From the NCBI GenBank assembly GCA_051294375.1, contig CM119271.1, positions 16,454,212-16,518,211 of the forward strand: 64,000 nucleotides of DNA, in the 5' to 3' direction. Positions 37,894 through 51,300 of this stretch are shown here, piece after piece (position 1 is the stretch's first letter; the number at the start of each line of letters is the position of its first letter). The translations under genes were made by a program, and so were the position numbers. This DNA comes from Paraspadella gotoi (lineage: Eukaryota; Animalia; Chaetognatha). The notes under the pieces were generated by a model. That model made no database searches and was not told the DNA's origin. It saw only the letters and a list, made by a program, of their open reading frames with translations.

Positions 37894-40800
37894 ATGGTAC
37901 AATCTAAAACCTTGAGAGAGAGAGAGAGGGAGAAAGAGAGAGAAATAACGAGAGATGAAATTATTTATTTAAATGGCAAAGCGAGACTGTCACAAGATAA
38001 TCTTTCTCTCCCTTCCCTGACTTCTCACCCCAAAACCAGTCCCCCCCTTCTTCCGACGACGACGACCCCACTTCCTCCCTTCTTCCTCCCTCCCCTTCCT
38101 CCCTTCTTCCTCCCTCCCCTTCCTCCCTTCTTCCTCCGTCCCCTTCTTCCTCCCTCATCTCCTCCATTCGATCTTCTCCTTTCCTCGTTCTCTTCGTCGT
38201 CTTTGTCGCCCTCTGGTTGGACACGATGACCCTGACGATGGTCGCCCCGATCATCCCCGAGTATCTCGTCAAAATCCAAGGCCTCGTCAACGTCACCGTG
38301 GGCGGAAACGGCAAAGCGTCCGGTGAGAACTTTGGTCTATGAAAATTGACGAAATTACTTGTTCTACAATGGAATGAAATTGGTACAACCAATATAAAAA
38401 TTATCCATTCATTTAATAATTAAGCTATCTTGCCCCTGACTTTGGACAGACATCACCATTACAAAATAATGACATAGCAGGTCCCTGCAAGCTTTCAATT
38501 AACACTCTCTCACAGTCTCGTTTATTCACTCCATTCACTCCGCTATGTGATTATCTTGTAATAGTGATGTCTGTCCAAAGTCAGGGGCAAGATAGCTTAA
38601 TTATTAAATAGGTTTTATATAGGTTAAAAATTGGGTAAATATTAGGGAGAAAAGTAATTTCAGGGGATAATAATGAAAAATAAGTCGCTTTTGAATGATA
38701 TCTGATTTGACACTTTTCAGCAGAATGGATGAAAAAACATTTCGCTAATCAAGACCTTCGAGTAACAATATTATTTGCTTCCAAAGCTGCGGTTCAACTT
38801 GTTACAAACTTGTTTGTTGGTCCACTCACCAACCAAATCGGTTACAGGTACGAATGATGAAGATGATTATGACTACGAAGAAATATTAAGCTTTTTTGTT
38901 ACATGAAATCGGTTTTCCCTACCCGATTTCTGCGCCCTCTTTATTATGATTTTCCTAGAACGTCTTATTTTTAAAGGTTAAAATTAAATCTGGGATAAAC
39001 AATCAAAGACGGGGCACTCTCAAAAAAGATAGCCATGATTTCCTCATTACCTGGCCTTTCTTCCCCTCTTACCATTTGCCACTTGCCACTTGCCATCAGC
39101 TTCCCTATGTTCTTCGGATTCGTCATTCTTCTCATTTCCACAATCACTTTTGCTTTTGCCAAAACTTACGCTCTTCTCTTTGTGGCGAGAGCAGTTCAAG
39201 GAATTGGATCTTCACTCACCAGCGTTGCAGGTAAGGTTTGATTGTAAATCACTGCAGCTCTACAAACAGGAAAGCTTTTTGTAAGACAAAGGAACATTCA
39301 AAATAAACTTTATCTGCACCAACTAGATCTTCACTTACACCTGCACTTCATTAAAAGAGCAATTTTTTAAAAAAATTTTACTGTACAAATATAACTAATA
39401 TCTTAAATCTTTTAAATAATATTTTTTATTATTTTTAAATTTTTTTTTTAATTCTATATTATTTTATTCAATTTCTTATTCTATATCTTTTTAATCATAT
39501 ATCGAAACAAAAAGAATATAATAATAATATAATATAATAATATTTTTGCAAGTACAAAAATGTTATTGGTGCTGCAGTAACAGTTCAGTTTAAGCCTTTG
39601 AAAGTGATTTACATGTATTGGCGCAGCCACTGGTTTAGCTAGTTGACTGGTTAAGGTGGGTTGAATCAGTGAGACCAAATTAGTTTCTTCATTTAAGACA
39701 CATCCATTTTTTTGTATTAGCCTTCATAAAATTTCAACTCTTTTCCAAAAATGCTTCTTCTCCCCCTGGATCCTTAAACTTAATTTTAATCTTAATATTT
39801 GAAGGTGTAGAAGACGAAGAATGTAATAATAAATGTGAGGAGAAGGTGAAGAATTGTGACGATTTAAGAGAAGTAGAAAAGAAGTGATACGAGCTCTCTC
39901 CTGATCCACTTTTATCATCGCCCGGACCAACTTGACCTTACGGTCTCCTCGGCCCTATTACTGTATCTGGTCAATCTAAGGTCATTGCCAAAGCTAGGGC
40001 AAAGTGACCGTGTGGAATAGACCGGCTCGGAGAAAGAGGAGAGAGGAAGGGTTTAGTGAGAGAGACCTGTGGTAAGTCGCTAAAATGGCATTCCATCACT
40101 TAAACCTAATTCTTAACCATAACTTTAATCCCTAATCTCTAAACTTTAATACCTAACCTTAACCTAACCCTTAACCATAATCCCTAACCTAATCCATTAT
40201 CTAATCTGTAATCCAAACATCTAACTCAATCCTTAAAACTAAAGACTAACTTAATTCGGAATTTATGATGAAATGGGATGTTTTTGGAATGTAAGGCAAA
40301 GTTATCCCGGTCATCTTAATACAAGGCATGGGAATGCTTGCTGAGCACTATCCAGACGACAAAGCACGAGGCCAAGCCATGGGCATCGCGCTCGGCGGGT
40401 TGGCACTCGGTACTGTCATGGGTCCTCCATTCGGCGGCATCATGTATCAGTTCTTTGGGAAAACTGTACCGTTTCTGGTTGTTGCCGTTTTGGTTTTACT
40501 GGATGGTCTAATTCAGGTGAGGATGAAGTAAACATTATTAAACACTACAGGGTAGTGATTCAAAACTTAGAAAATCCGTATCTCGTCATCTTTTTTTTAT
40601 TTTGTAACGCATCGGTGCATTTAAAGAAAAAAATTTAATTGAAGATACTTAACCAGACCTTGTTCTAACTATTAAAGAAGTGCGACAAGCACTACTGCAA
40701 AAACCACTCCTGCCACAGCACCTAAAAGAATCACAGCTGCTCTTCATAAACGCTTCTGAAAGATTGATTCACAGCTCCTAGACGGTTTACCCTATGCCAT

Positions 40801-43800
40801 TGATATTTTGGTTGAAAGTCATATGGGTCTCCCCCTATTTAAAACGCCTTACTTAGCACAGTTTAGGGGAATTAGATTCGGATATTTTCAAGCCCGGAAA
40901 TCATTCAGTCAAAAATTAAAATGTTGCTACAGCTGAAATTTTTTTTTTAAGCTGTATATAACAATGCCCTTTGTTACAGCCATGCATAATAACCCCAAGA
41001 GTATTGGCTCTTTATACATGTCAAGAAATTGAATCTGAGAACAATACAGTAGACTGCAGCAATGGATTTTTGACCAAGAGCAAAAATATAAGGAAGTATT
41101 TATCTTTCATCTGATGCTGAAGTAGATTGCATTAAGTAATGTATTTGATATTTTATACTACATCAGTTATTGATTTCATAAGCTCAGAGAGATGGCACTC
41201 GACCAGAGTAGCCACTACAGTATGAACTTAAGAAAAAAAAGACATTTTTACAGCATCTCAAAATTGCATTTATTAATTAAGGTTAAAATAAGTCTTGGTA
41301 AACTGCGGCAGTTAAATGGCCATAGGATAGTAAATATTTCTAAATGGAGTTCTTCATTTGCTCTCTTTAAAATTTTTCTTTCAGCATAGAAAAGAGCTAC
41401 TAGCGTGCATATTGTTGGTTTTGGTTATGCTATTATTGCTACCTGCAGCATATATATGGCCCTAATCGACTCGGGCTTGAGCGCATGTTTTCCCGACTAA
41501 GAATAGTAGTTATTCCTATTCTTATTAACCTTCTTAATAATATAACATACTGCTAGGGAACATTGACATAATTAATAGTGGTTTTAAGCTCTAAACCGGC
41601 GCAGAGCAAATTCAACAAATGTCGCATTCTTTTTAGTAGCGTAGCGTATTGAAAAAGCTAGAGGAAAATAAAACCTGTATCAGAAAAAGAAAACATCACT
41701 GATTATTTTAATGTATTATAAAAAGACATTCGTTAACTTTTTGCCTATAAAATCTGATGGTAAATACTATTCTAAGTTTTGATTAATAAATATATATACA
41801 GTGTATATATATTAATATTTATATATTATGTGCTCACAAAAGATTTAATTTATTTTTCATTCAATACAAATACAAATTTAAAAAAATTAAAATTAAAAAA
41901 AAAAGAAATAAGAAATAAAAAAGATAAACAAATACACAAATAAATAAATAGACAAATAAATAAATAAATATATACTCTTTCAAAATTAAATGACAAATTT
42001 TCAATTAACTGCGTTTTCAAACTGCAGCTGGTGATGTTACAACCTCGGGTCGATAAGAACAACATCCAGGGTCCTCCGATGCTTAAACTTCTCTCCGATC
42101 CTTACATCCTGCTCTGCGTGGTGGCCATTTCACTTGGCAACATGTGTATAGGGTTCTTAGAACCCACTCTGCCACTGCACATGATTGAAGTCATGCATTC
42201 CAAAGTTTGGGAGATTGGTTAGTATCTTAACTAGGTTTGTGCTCATTGCTCTCAAAACTTAATTTTGACTTTCAAATCCACTTACATATATGTTTTGCTG
42301 ATTTAAAACAAAAATTATTTCTGAGGCAGTGTATGTATAAAGTTTGAGCAAAGGCAGGGAACTCCAGTTAGCCAAAGTTAGTTGGTTACTAATATGAAGC
42401 AATAGCCTGTCAAGGAATTGCGACTAAAATAAAAGGTTTTGAATGTCAGAGTTTCTACACAATCTAGGTCATATTAAAACCCTCCTGAGAAACTTAATAA
42501 AAAATATTTACTATAAATCAATATCGTTAAAATAAAAGTAAAAAAAGGGTAATTAACAAAAAATGGTATTAAAACAGGATTAATCTTCTTACCCGCCACC
42601 GTCGCCTACTTATTTTCAACAAATCTCTTTGGATACTTGTCCACATTGATGGGCCGCTGGATCATTTGTTTAATTGGTGAGTAAAAGTTTATCAACTTTC
42701 TCTCATTGTATATATAACTCCGATTAGTTAATGGACACAAGTATAATTATTATATAAAAATATAGTGTTTTTGTATTTGTTACAACGATTTATTTTAATA
42801 GACGGACATGTTACGACTCTTTGGGTTCGAGTCTTCATCAGCATTTGAAATTCACAAACTTTTTTCAAATGCTGATGAAGACTCGAACCCAAAGAGTTGA
42901 AACATGTCCGTCTATTAAAATAAATCATTGTAACAAATTCAAAAACACTTTGTTTTCTCTAAATATTAAATAACAACGAAAAGAAAGTATTCCTATCATA
43001 TTTCCTTCCATTTAGCTTAGGAGTTATTAAATTTGTAGATTTAAAAATAGTCAAGATTGAAAGCTGGTCGGGTCGGGTCCGTTTAAAGTAAAGAACAAAA
43101 AAAAACAAAAATGTTTGCTCGTGAATTCATTTTAATTTAAAATCAATTCAACAAATATAATATTCATTTTTTCCTTCAGGAAATATTTTGGTGGGCGCAT
43201 CTTTAATCTCCATCACTTTTGCTCTCAACATCTACGAACTCATAGCTCCAATGTTTGGCCTCGGTTTGGCCTGCGGAATGATAGATTCCTCAATGTTTCC
43301 TCAGTTGGGTAAAGCCTATTGAAGATTGTTTATAAGTGATAAAAATGAAATTGCTGTTAAATTAACAAACAAACAAAATTGGGCTTTCCTTTCTGTTCCT
43401 TAATCTCTTAACTTAATTTTAATTTTAATATTTAATCTTACTTGGTTAACTTCTCATAACCCAATAACCAACCATAATTCCAAATCGATAATCTAATACC
43501 TAACCTAATTCATTAACCTGATCACTAATGTAATCCTTAACCCTAAACTTAATCTTTAAACTAATCCTTTAAACCTAAAGACTAATTCCAATTCAGAATT
43601 TAGATTAAATGGGGTGTTTTGGGAAAATGATAATAAAATGGGACGTTTTGGGAAAATGAAGATAAAAAGGGGGTTTTGGGAAAATGAGGATAAAATGGGT
43701 CGTTTTGGGAAAATGAGGATAAAATTGTTTGTTTATTCTTAGCTCAGGACTAACTCAATCTGGTGTTTGTCATTTTGAAAAAGAATAATCTTTAAAAAAA

Positions 43801-45192
43801 TTTAATAGGTAGTACTTACCCTAACCAACTATAACAACAGAGTTAAATAATTATACATTTTTATTTTAAAACTAAATCTAAATATAATTTCAGGTTATCT
43901 TGTGGATATGCGCCACGTGGGAGTCTATGGCAACGTCTACGCCATTGGAGATTTGGCAATTTGCCTCGCCTTTGCAATTGGACCCTTCCTTGCCGGGCCG
44001 ATTATAAAAGCAGGTGACGATTTGAAGGATGAACTGGTTGACTACTTTATTATGAAATTGGTACAACCAATATGGTGGTTTAAGGCCTCCATCACTCTTA
44101 GTTTTACAAGATAATGACATAGCAGGACCCTGCAAGCTTTCAATCAAGACTTTTTCACAGTTTCGATTATTCTCTTCCAGAGTGCCTGGCTTCCCTAATA
44201 ATAAAGTGGTATAATATTTCAGAGAATGTTTCAATTGTATAAAAGAACCACTCCCTTATTTGATTGATTGATTTGAGTCATTGATTTCTTAAATGTCATT
44301 GATTGATTAATCCCTTGATAAATATAATGATGGATTAATTGATTTGATAATTAAATTATTTAGTGATTGATTAATGATTAATTGATTGATTATTCAGTAA
44401 GGCAAAGTAAAATTTATAAAATAAACTTTAATTAAAATTCTAAAAGTGAAGAATGAACAACATTATACAAATGAACATTTAAGTATCAATAAATTTTATT
44501 ATAAATTTTACAATTTACGCGGTAAGCTATATTTGTACATATTACTAATCATATAAATGTTAAAACTTTAAAATAATTTTTTTAAGGATTTTTTTTGCAG
44601 ATTTGTAGATTTATATTTTCTTTTATCAACTTTTGACGAGGAATTCAAATCTGTAATTAAAATTAAGAAAATCCTATTTTGATATTTTTCAATTTTATAA
44701 GGATAAATTATAAGTATAAATTTAACCTACTGCGAAAATTAAAACACATAAAATATTTTTTTATATAAATTAATGTTCACTGATGGTATTTGTTCATAAT
44801 TAGTTTTTAGAAATTTTGTGCATAACTTTCACTACGCTTTATTATTAAGTGATTGATTGATTTTTTTTATTGATTGATTGGTTTGAGTCATTGATTGCTT
44901 AAATGTCATTAATCGCTCAATTGCCATTGATTGATTAAAATCGTATGAAATTTTTTTTAATAAAATAATTTATTTGGTAATTAAGTTAATGAGTGATTGA
45001 TTGATTGATTCAGGTGGATTCTCCATCGCCTGCTTCATCGTGGGAGGCCTCTCCATCAGCAGCGCACCTCTGCTTCTATTTCTTAGAAATCCGAAAGGAA
45101 GGAAAGAAGGGGAAGAGGAAGAGGAGGAATCTGGGGGTGGAGGAGATTCAGTGGGTGTTGGAGAAAGTGTCGCTTACGGGAGTTTAGGGTGA
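37894..45192 (+). CDS. VMAT: Vesicular monoamine transporter (SLC18A1/2-like MFS transporter)
   Basis: Exons 38040-38322, 38721-38847, 39100-39230, 40326-40516, 42028-42217, 42578-42676, 43180-43308, 43894-44013 and 45014-45192 have phase-compatible GT-AG junctions. The start may be ATG|GT at 37894. Motifs [33 protein letters not shown] (VMAT rather than VAChT), FLEPTLP, IDSSM and [14 protein letters not shown]. Confidence 0.93.
42764..42949. ncRNA. Palindromic pair of minimal hammerheads (Penelope-like) in a VMAT intron
   Basis: 87-bp inverted arms. The + copy CTGATGA(42872)-A-GACTC..GAGTT-GAAA-CATGTC has an intact core. The - copy has GAAA changed to GTAA. Confidence 0.8.
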
Positions 45193-45781
45193 ACGAAGTG
45201 AAAGGGGGTGGAGTGATGGTGGGCGTTGGCGGCCCTTATTTTCTGAAAGCGATCCATTTCAGGTTAAATCTAGAATTAAGATTGATTTTAAATTTAAAAA
45301 TTAAAGATGTTAGGTTAAGGTTTAGGAATATGGTAATATCTTTGGTTGGGGGTTAAGAAATAGGGTTAAGTGTATAATATAGTATTAAATATTTGGTAAG
45401 ACTAAAAGGTAAGGGGAACTTTCGAAAAATAGTGCTGGAGACGAACCATTTGAGATATTCGTTGTCTCGCGTGCCACATTTCAAAGACGATAATCAATCG
45501 TAACATTTTACTTTTGCTCAAATAAACAAATATTTTCTACCGAATCCTTTTTCTTTTTTTTTCAACTCAAATTATGAGTTTGAGTTTATGGCTCCAACCA
45601 ATATGTTGTATAAAAATGATCCATTCGTTTATTTTAACAAAAAAGCTATCTAGTCTCCTATCAGGCTGTACTAGTGTACTCGCGCGTATAAAATAATAAC
45701 ATAGCAGGACCCTTTAATCTTTCAATCAAGACTCTCATGGCAAAGCTCATCGACTTCCAGAATATCTAATAAAGTTGTTGT

Positions 45782-46438
45782 TATAGTGGACTAAAATCCA
45801 CCAACCGTTCATCAGCGGCCATTGGTGCCAGAGGCAAGTCATTCGCCTCCCAACCCAAAGGTCCGGGGTTCTAGCCCGGTGGTCGCATAGCAGTTAAGAG
45901 GGACGGGGCGCTTGACCCGCCGGTAACACGGTGTTACAGCCTGATCCAAAGCTCAGGGACTGATTATATTGAACGGTTCTGTCACTAACTCATACCAATG
46001 AAGAGACAGTAATAATTGTTGAGCCCGACTTCCGAACACAACAGCAACAACACCTTCAGGCGACATGCCTCAACCTGGCGATGCACTTTCCGCCCACAAT
46101 ACATCAAGCGACATGCCTCAACTTGGTGACAAACTTTTCACCAACAACAACAATTCACTGAAGAGAGGCAACAGATTTCTCCCTGCAGGAGGGGGGGATG
46201 TATGGTGGATTAAAATTCACCAACCGTTCATCAATGGCCATTGGTGCCAGAGGCAAGTCATTCGCGTCTCAACCCAAAGGTCCGGGGTTCTAGCCCGGTG
46301 GTCGCCTAGCAGTTAAGAGGGACGGGGCGCTTAACCCGCCTGTAAAACGGTGTTACAGCCTGATCCAAAGCTCAGGGACTGCTTATATTGAACGGTTCTG
46401 TCACTAACACATAACATAACATAACAACTGTCTCTTCA
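45782..46438 (+). mobile_element. Two-LTR TRIM-like element, family C
   Basis: LTRs at 45782-~46015 and 46201-46438, ~180-bp non-coding interior, PBS (TGGT)GAGCCCGAC scrambled by a micro-inversion, PPT AGGAGGGGGGGATG. The outer flanks do not form a TSD. Confidence 0.88.
46309..46382 (+). ncRNA. Predicted type-P5 twister ribozyme (LTR-C) with a T2 mismatch
   Basis: GCAGT..GG-GACGG-ggcgct-TAA-CCC-GC-P3-CCTGA(TCCAAAGC)TCAGG-G-ACTGC. Confidence 0.6.
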
Positions 46439-48328
46439 ACGGAATAAAAACAAGATGAAAACAAGTAGAGAGAGAGAATCATAGGCAATTACATAAAAAC
46501 GCTGGTTTTGGAAACGGTAGGACGGTAGGCCATCCAAGGGGCAAGGTCAAGGCGTCTCAATTAACCCCCGGCCAACACGTTTTCTCGTCGACCTCGCGCT
46601 AAATTCGCGAGAACAAAGGTAATATTATCTTCTCGAAACTCTCGTCGTCGATTGGTTAAGGCCAGCCAATCCGGAGCCACAGGGAAGAAGTTCACATTTT
46701 TTTGATCCAAAACGCGAAGGAGAACCGCAAAACGAAATAAATTTCATTATATAGCAATGGTGGGATCGCCTGGGCGCGGGGTAACTAACATTAAATGACC
46801 GCCTCCTATCACGCATAGTATAACCATTAACCAGAGAATGAGGATATCCGGGAATTTTATCAAGGACGCACGGTTAATGCTGTTCGGCTATCAAGACGAG
46901 GCTGCAAGCGGATATTAGTGAAGACACTAAATTGTACAGCCAGAGTTTCATAGATTTGCAGCTGTCACAAATGTAAAAATAAACTATTTACTTCTTAATG
47001 TATATCTATATACTAGAGTAGCTATGATTGGTGTATAATTTCAAAAACTGCTTATCAGGCACAGTAAAAAAAGTATCTTTTATATTTTTTTTAATTAAGC
47101 CTCGCACCAAAATAGGCGTATAAAAGTATATTCAACAGGTACAATTTTCTCCAAGACCACTGTAAAAAATGTAACAAAATAAATTTACATAAAACTATTA
47201 TAAGTAAATTGGAAAAATTCCTGGAGATCGGAAAAGTGGAAGGTAAACAAAATTATTTATAGTGCGTAAACAAAAAGTCTGTCACCATAACAACAAAAAA
47301 GCCATTTAGAGGTGGAAGAATAAAATGATAAAAAAATGGGTGAGACAAAGTCATTTGAGATTATTTTTCATAGATGTACATTTTTTTACTCGCGTTTGAA
47401 AAATTAAAAACGATGTGAAAAATACTATAATTTATGTACATACAAGTGTTTATGTATGTATTTACATGTTTATGCTCATGAGCATACATACGTCACGAAT
47501 TTTTTAATTGAGATTGTAATTAAAAATAGTATAGTAAGTTTCAATCCTCTCTATTTTTTCAAACATTTCAAACAATATTATAATAAACAGATTTTTCCTC
47601 TCCAAATCGTTTATGAAAAAAAGAGGGTACAACTCGGTGCCAAAAATATTTGAGCAAATTCAGGCATTTGATTTTTTTTTTTGGGGGGGGGGTTCGGTAG
47701 CGACTACCCAGGGCTTAAAATCGCCCAAAAATGTTTTATGGAATGTAAAAGACTGTGAATTTAATGTACAAATGACCCTCGCTTAAAAAGTGTAAAAAAT
47801 GTTGTTAAAACCTTTTTTTAAGAATCAGGCTGAGAACTTTATCTATTATTTACAGAAAATCGTTAATGTTTTGGAGTTCCTGAAAAAGTTGCACTTCCAA
47901 GGAATAATTACTTCTGCAGTTGAGTGTAAATTGTAAATTGTAAAGAAATATACATTGTCCTTAACCAAGAGTATATTGTAAAGAAATATACATTGTCCTT
48001 AACCAGGTAGAACGAAAAAAAAGGAATGTCATGTAAATAATCGCACGTAGTTAATTTGAGAATATAACCAAAAAGTCGCCAAGAAAATTGCTTGAAAAAA
48101 ATTGCTTGCCGTTTTGATTGATTTGACTCGTTTCCTCGTACTAATAGTACTACTAATAGTACTGCTAATAGTACTAATAGTACTACTATTTCCTCATCTT
48201 CCTTCTCCTAATTATTTACCTCTTCATCCTCCTCTTGCTTTTCCTCTTCCTCCTCCTATTCATTTTCCTCTTCAACCTCCTCTTCCTTTATCTCTTCCTC
48301 CCATTTCCTCCTCCTCCTCCTCCCTCCT

Positions 48329-51300
48329 TCAGCAAGTCGTGGTGACTCCCTTCTTCCGGAACCGTTCGTCCGCAAAGGCAGATGGATCGAGCGATTGAGG
48401 CTGAGGATTAGTGTCAACTCTGAACAAATCCTCGTCTACAGTATCCATGGAAACGCGGTCACCGTCCTGAAGCGGCGAGGGGGAGAAGGAATGGACGGAG
48501 GGGCAATAATTATATTTTTTGGAAAGTTATTCAAGCATAATTGATAAATTTTATTGAAAAATACACAACTTTAATCTTTAAAAAATAATAATCTAAAAAG
48601 TTTTTGAGGTAATTATTCAGATGAGACCGGGTATAATTAATTAATAAAAAGTCTACAACCGACATCAGCATTTTCGAAACTTTTCCATTAATCTCGACTG
48701 ACCGACTTTCCCATCATTGCCACTTTTCCCATATCTCGACTGACCGACTTTCCCATCTATCCCACTTTTCCAATCTCTCGTGAAATCTCGACTGACCGAC
48801 TTTCCCATCTATGCCACTTTTCCCATAATCTCGACTGACCGACTTTCCCATCTATCCCACTTTTCCCATTATCTCGACTGACCGACTTTCCCATCTATGC
48901 ACTTTTTTCATTATCTCGACTGACCGACTTTCCCATCTATGCCACCTGCCAAATGACGTTCGGTTTCCCAGATTCAAGATCACCGTCTTCCTTTGGGTTT
49001 TTGTTGACGTCATTGCCGTCTGCTCCAGTGGCAACAGTGTTGGTGGAGCCGGCGTTAGTCTAATAGTGGAGTGGGAAGGTGGAGTGGGGAGGAGGAGCAA
49101 GGATTGAAGCCGATTATGAAGCGCAATCGTGGAATAGACAACCTTAAACTCATTAGCATATTGTATTATTCACAAGGATGTTTTTAAATTTTAAATATAA
49201 TTTTATTTATAATTAATCTCATGTAATAGTTTTTATTTTAATGCTCTCGATATACACATCTTATATAGTGTTTTTCGGATTTCTGAGAATTTTGAGAATT
49301 AAAAAACACATATTTCGACTCAAACTCGTTGTTTGTAACAAATAAAAACCATGAAACGGCTTTGAACCTGGCGTGGGGGGTCGCTATGCCCCCCAAGCCG
49401 TCCTCACGCTTTCCGTAGAGCAAGTACCTGGTTGGGAATGATCCCGATTCCTGGTTTATTCCCAAACTTTGCCTCTATCACCATGCCCACTGCCCAGTCC
49501 CAAACTTTCCCCGTCCCCACCCACAAACCCATCTTCCCCTCGCCCCCTTCCAAACACCTTATACGTCCCCCATCTCATCTCCTCCACTTTTCCGATGCAT
49601 CCGGCGCAGCAAGCAATGGTCTTCAACTTCTTCATCACGATGTTATCCTTCACCGCGCAGCAGACGACGATGATGACGACGATGGCGATGATGACGAAGA
49701 TGATGACGATGATCCATCCTAGACATAGACATAACCGATGAAAATTAATTGCTAATCTGTACAGTGTCATCAGCATAGGAAATAAATATTTTGTTCTGAG
49801 GGTACTAGTCTAATTAAAAGTTTTATATTACTACGTACGTACGTACTATATAATCAAAATATTTTTAAATCTTAAAATTTAAAGTATTAAAAGTTTTCTT
49901 ACTGGAAATTTAAAAAAATGATAAAATCATAGAAAGATGATATGTTGATGATGACTTATATATTTTTATAAGTTTATATTACTTTTCTTATTTATGACCC
50001 ACTTATTATCAAACTATTGAAAAAATAATTATGTAGTTTATGTAGAGAACTTTTTAAAAAGCAACCTAAATCCGGTTTTAAAAATTTAATTTAATCGAAG
50101 AAAAACTTTTTGTCTTTCCCAGCTTTTTTAAAATGTATAAAATTATAAACTATAAATTTTCATTTGAGCAGCTGTACTCACTTCAAATTTTTGACTCACC
50201 CCATTGAGTCAGGCTATCTCAGGGAGGTGGGTAATCTCTGTCTTCTTACTTAATTCTAAAATTAAAAGATGGTAATCAAATTTTGTATTGAACCTTTTGT
50301 GCTCTATCAGAATCTATCAAAAAAATTTAAGATTTTTTTTAAAAAACTTTTTCTCGTTATAACTATATAAATATAGTAATATTGTAATTTTGATACCAAC
50401 AATAAAAGCATTAAAATCGAACTTTAAAAAAAAATCTTTTTTTACCTGAAAGTAGACTTCCAGACTAAACTTTTAAACCCCAGTCCCTTTTGATTTTAAT
50501 TTCATTATAGATATAATCTACCGATAGGAACTGCTTGCGAGGACGGGTCCGTGGGTGAAATAGTCGTCGGGCGTAACGTTACGCGGCACGGCGTTGGAGC
50601 GGCGTCGTTTTCAAAGACGGAGGCGTTGACGACGCCGCAAGTGTAGACGAGCTCTTCGTTGGCGACGCCGGTCGGGGAGAGACGGACGTACTTTAGGGGG
50701 AGAAAGAGAAGGCCGATAAATGAAGGAAGTTGACCGAAAGCTCGCAGGGTTTTGTTATGAAATTGGTACAACCAATATAAAAATTATCCATTCATTTAAT
50801 AAATAAGCTATCTTGCCCCTGACTTTGGATAGGCTTTGGTGGTTTAAGGCCTCCATCACTCTTACGAGATAATGACATAGCAGGTCCCTGCAAGCTTTCA
50901 ATCAAGACTCTCTCTCAGTCTCGTTTATTCACTCCCTTTGTTATTATCTCCTTAGAGAGATGAAGGCATAAATTTACCTCAATCTGTCAAAAGTTAGGCA
51001 ATAAAATAGCTTATTTATTGAATGACATGATAATTTTTGTATTAGGTGTACCAATTTTATAAAAGTCAGCGCCTTGTATTTGGAAAGGGGGGAATGGGAT
51101 GATGCTCATCAAAAGCATGCGAGGTTTTGGGGCTCTTTTTTCCAAAAGGGTCTCATATCTGTTCCTTAATCCCTGTACTTAAGCTTCAACCCTATAAATA
51201 GAATGAAACGGAAAAAATGTAGATATAATTAACGAAATAATCTTACCTTTCGCTCATTGTTGTTCGATGTCATCATTGAAAAGTTAACATTTTTCCACTC

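Noticed and set aside
39920-40010. Possible HDV-like ribozyme (GACCTTA/TAAGGTC, GGTC-TCCTC-GGCC)
   Set aside because: The P1', P1.1 and P4 order does not fit the HDV topology.
40080-40250. Telomere-like CTAACC repeats (also ~43440-43580, 45300-45370 and 62540-62660)
   Set aside because: Degenerate and embedded in a dispersed repeat, not a true telomeric array.
37894-45192. VAChT (SLC18A3) assignment
   Set aside because: The [10 protein letters not shown] motif and the many introns fit VMAT. VAChT has ALAFISFG at that position.
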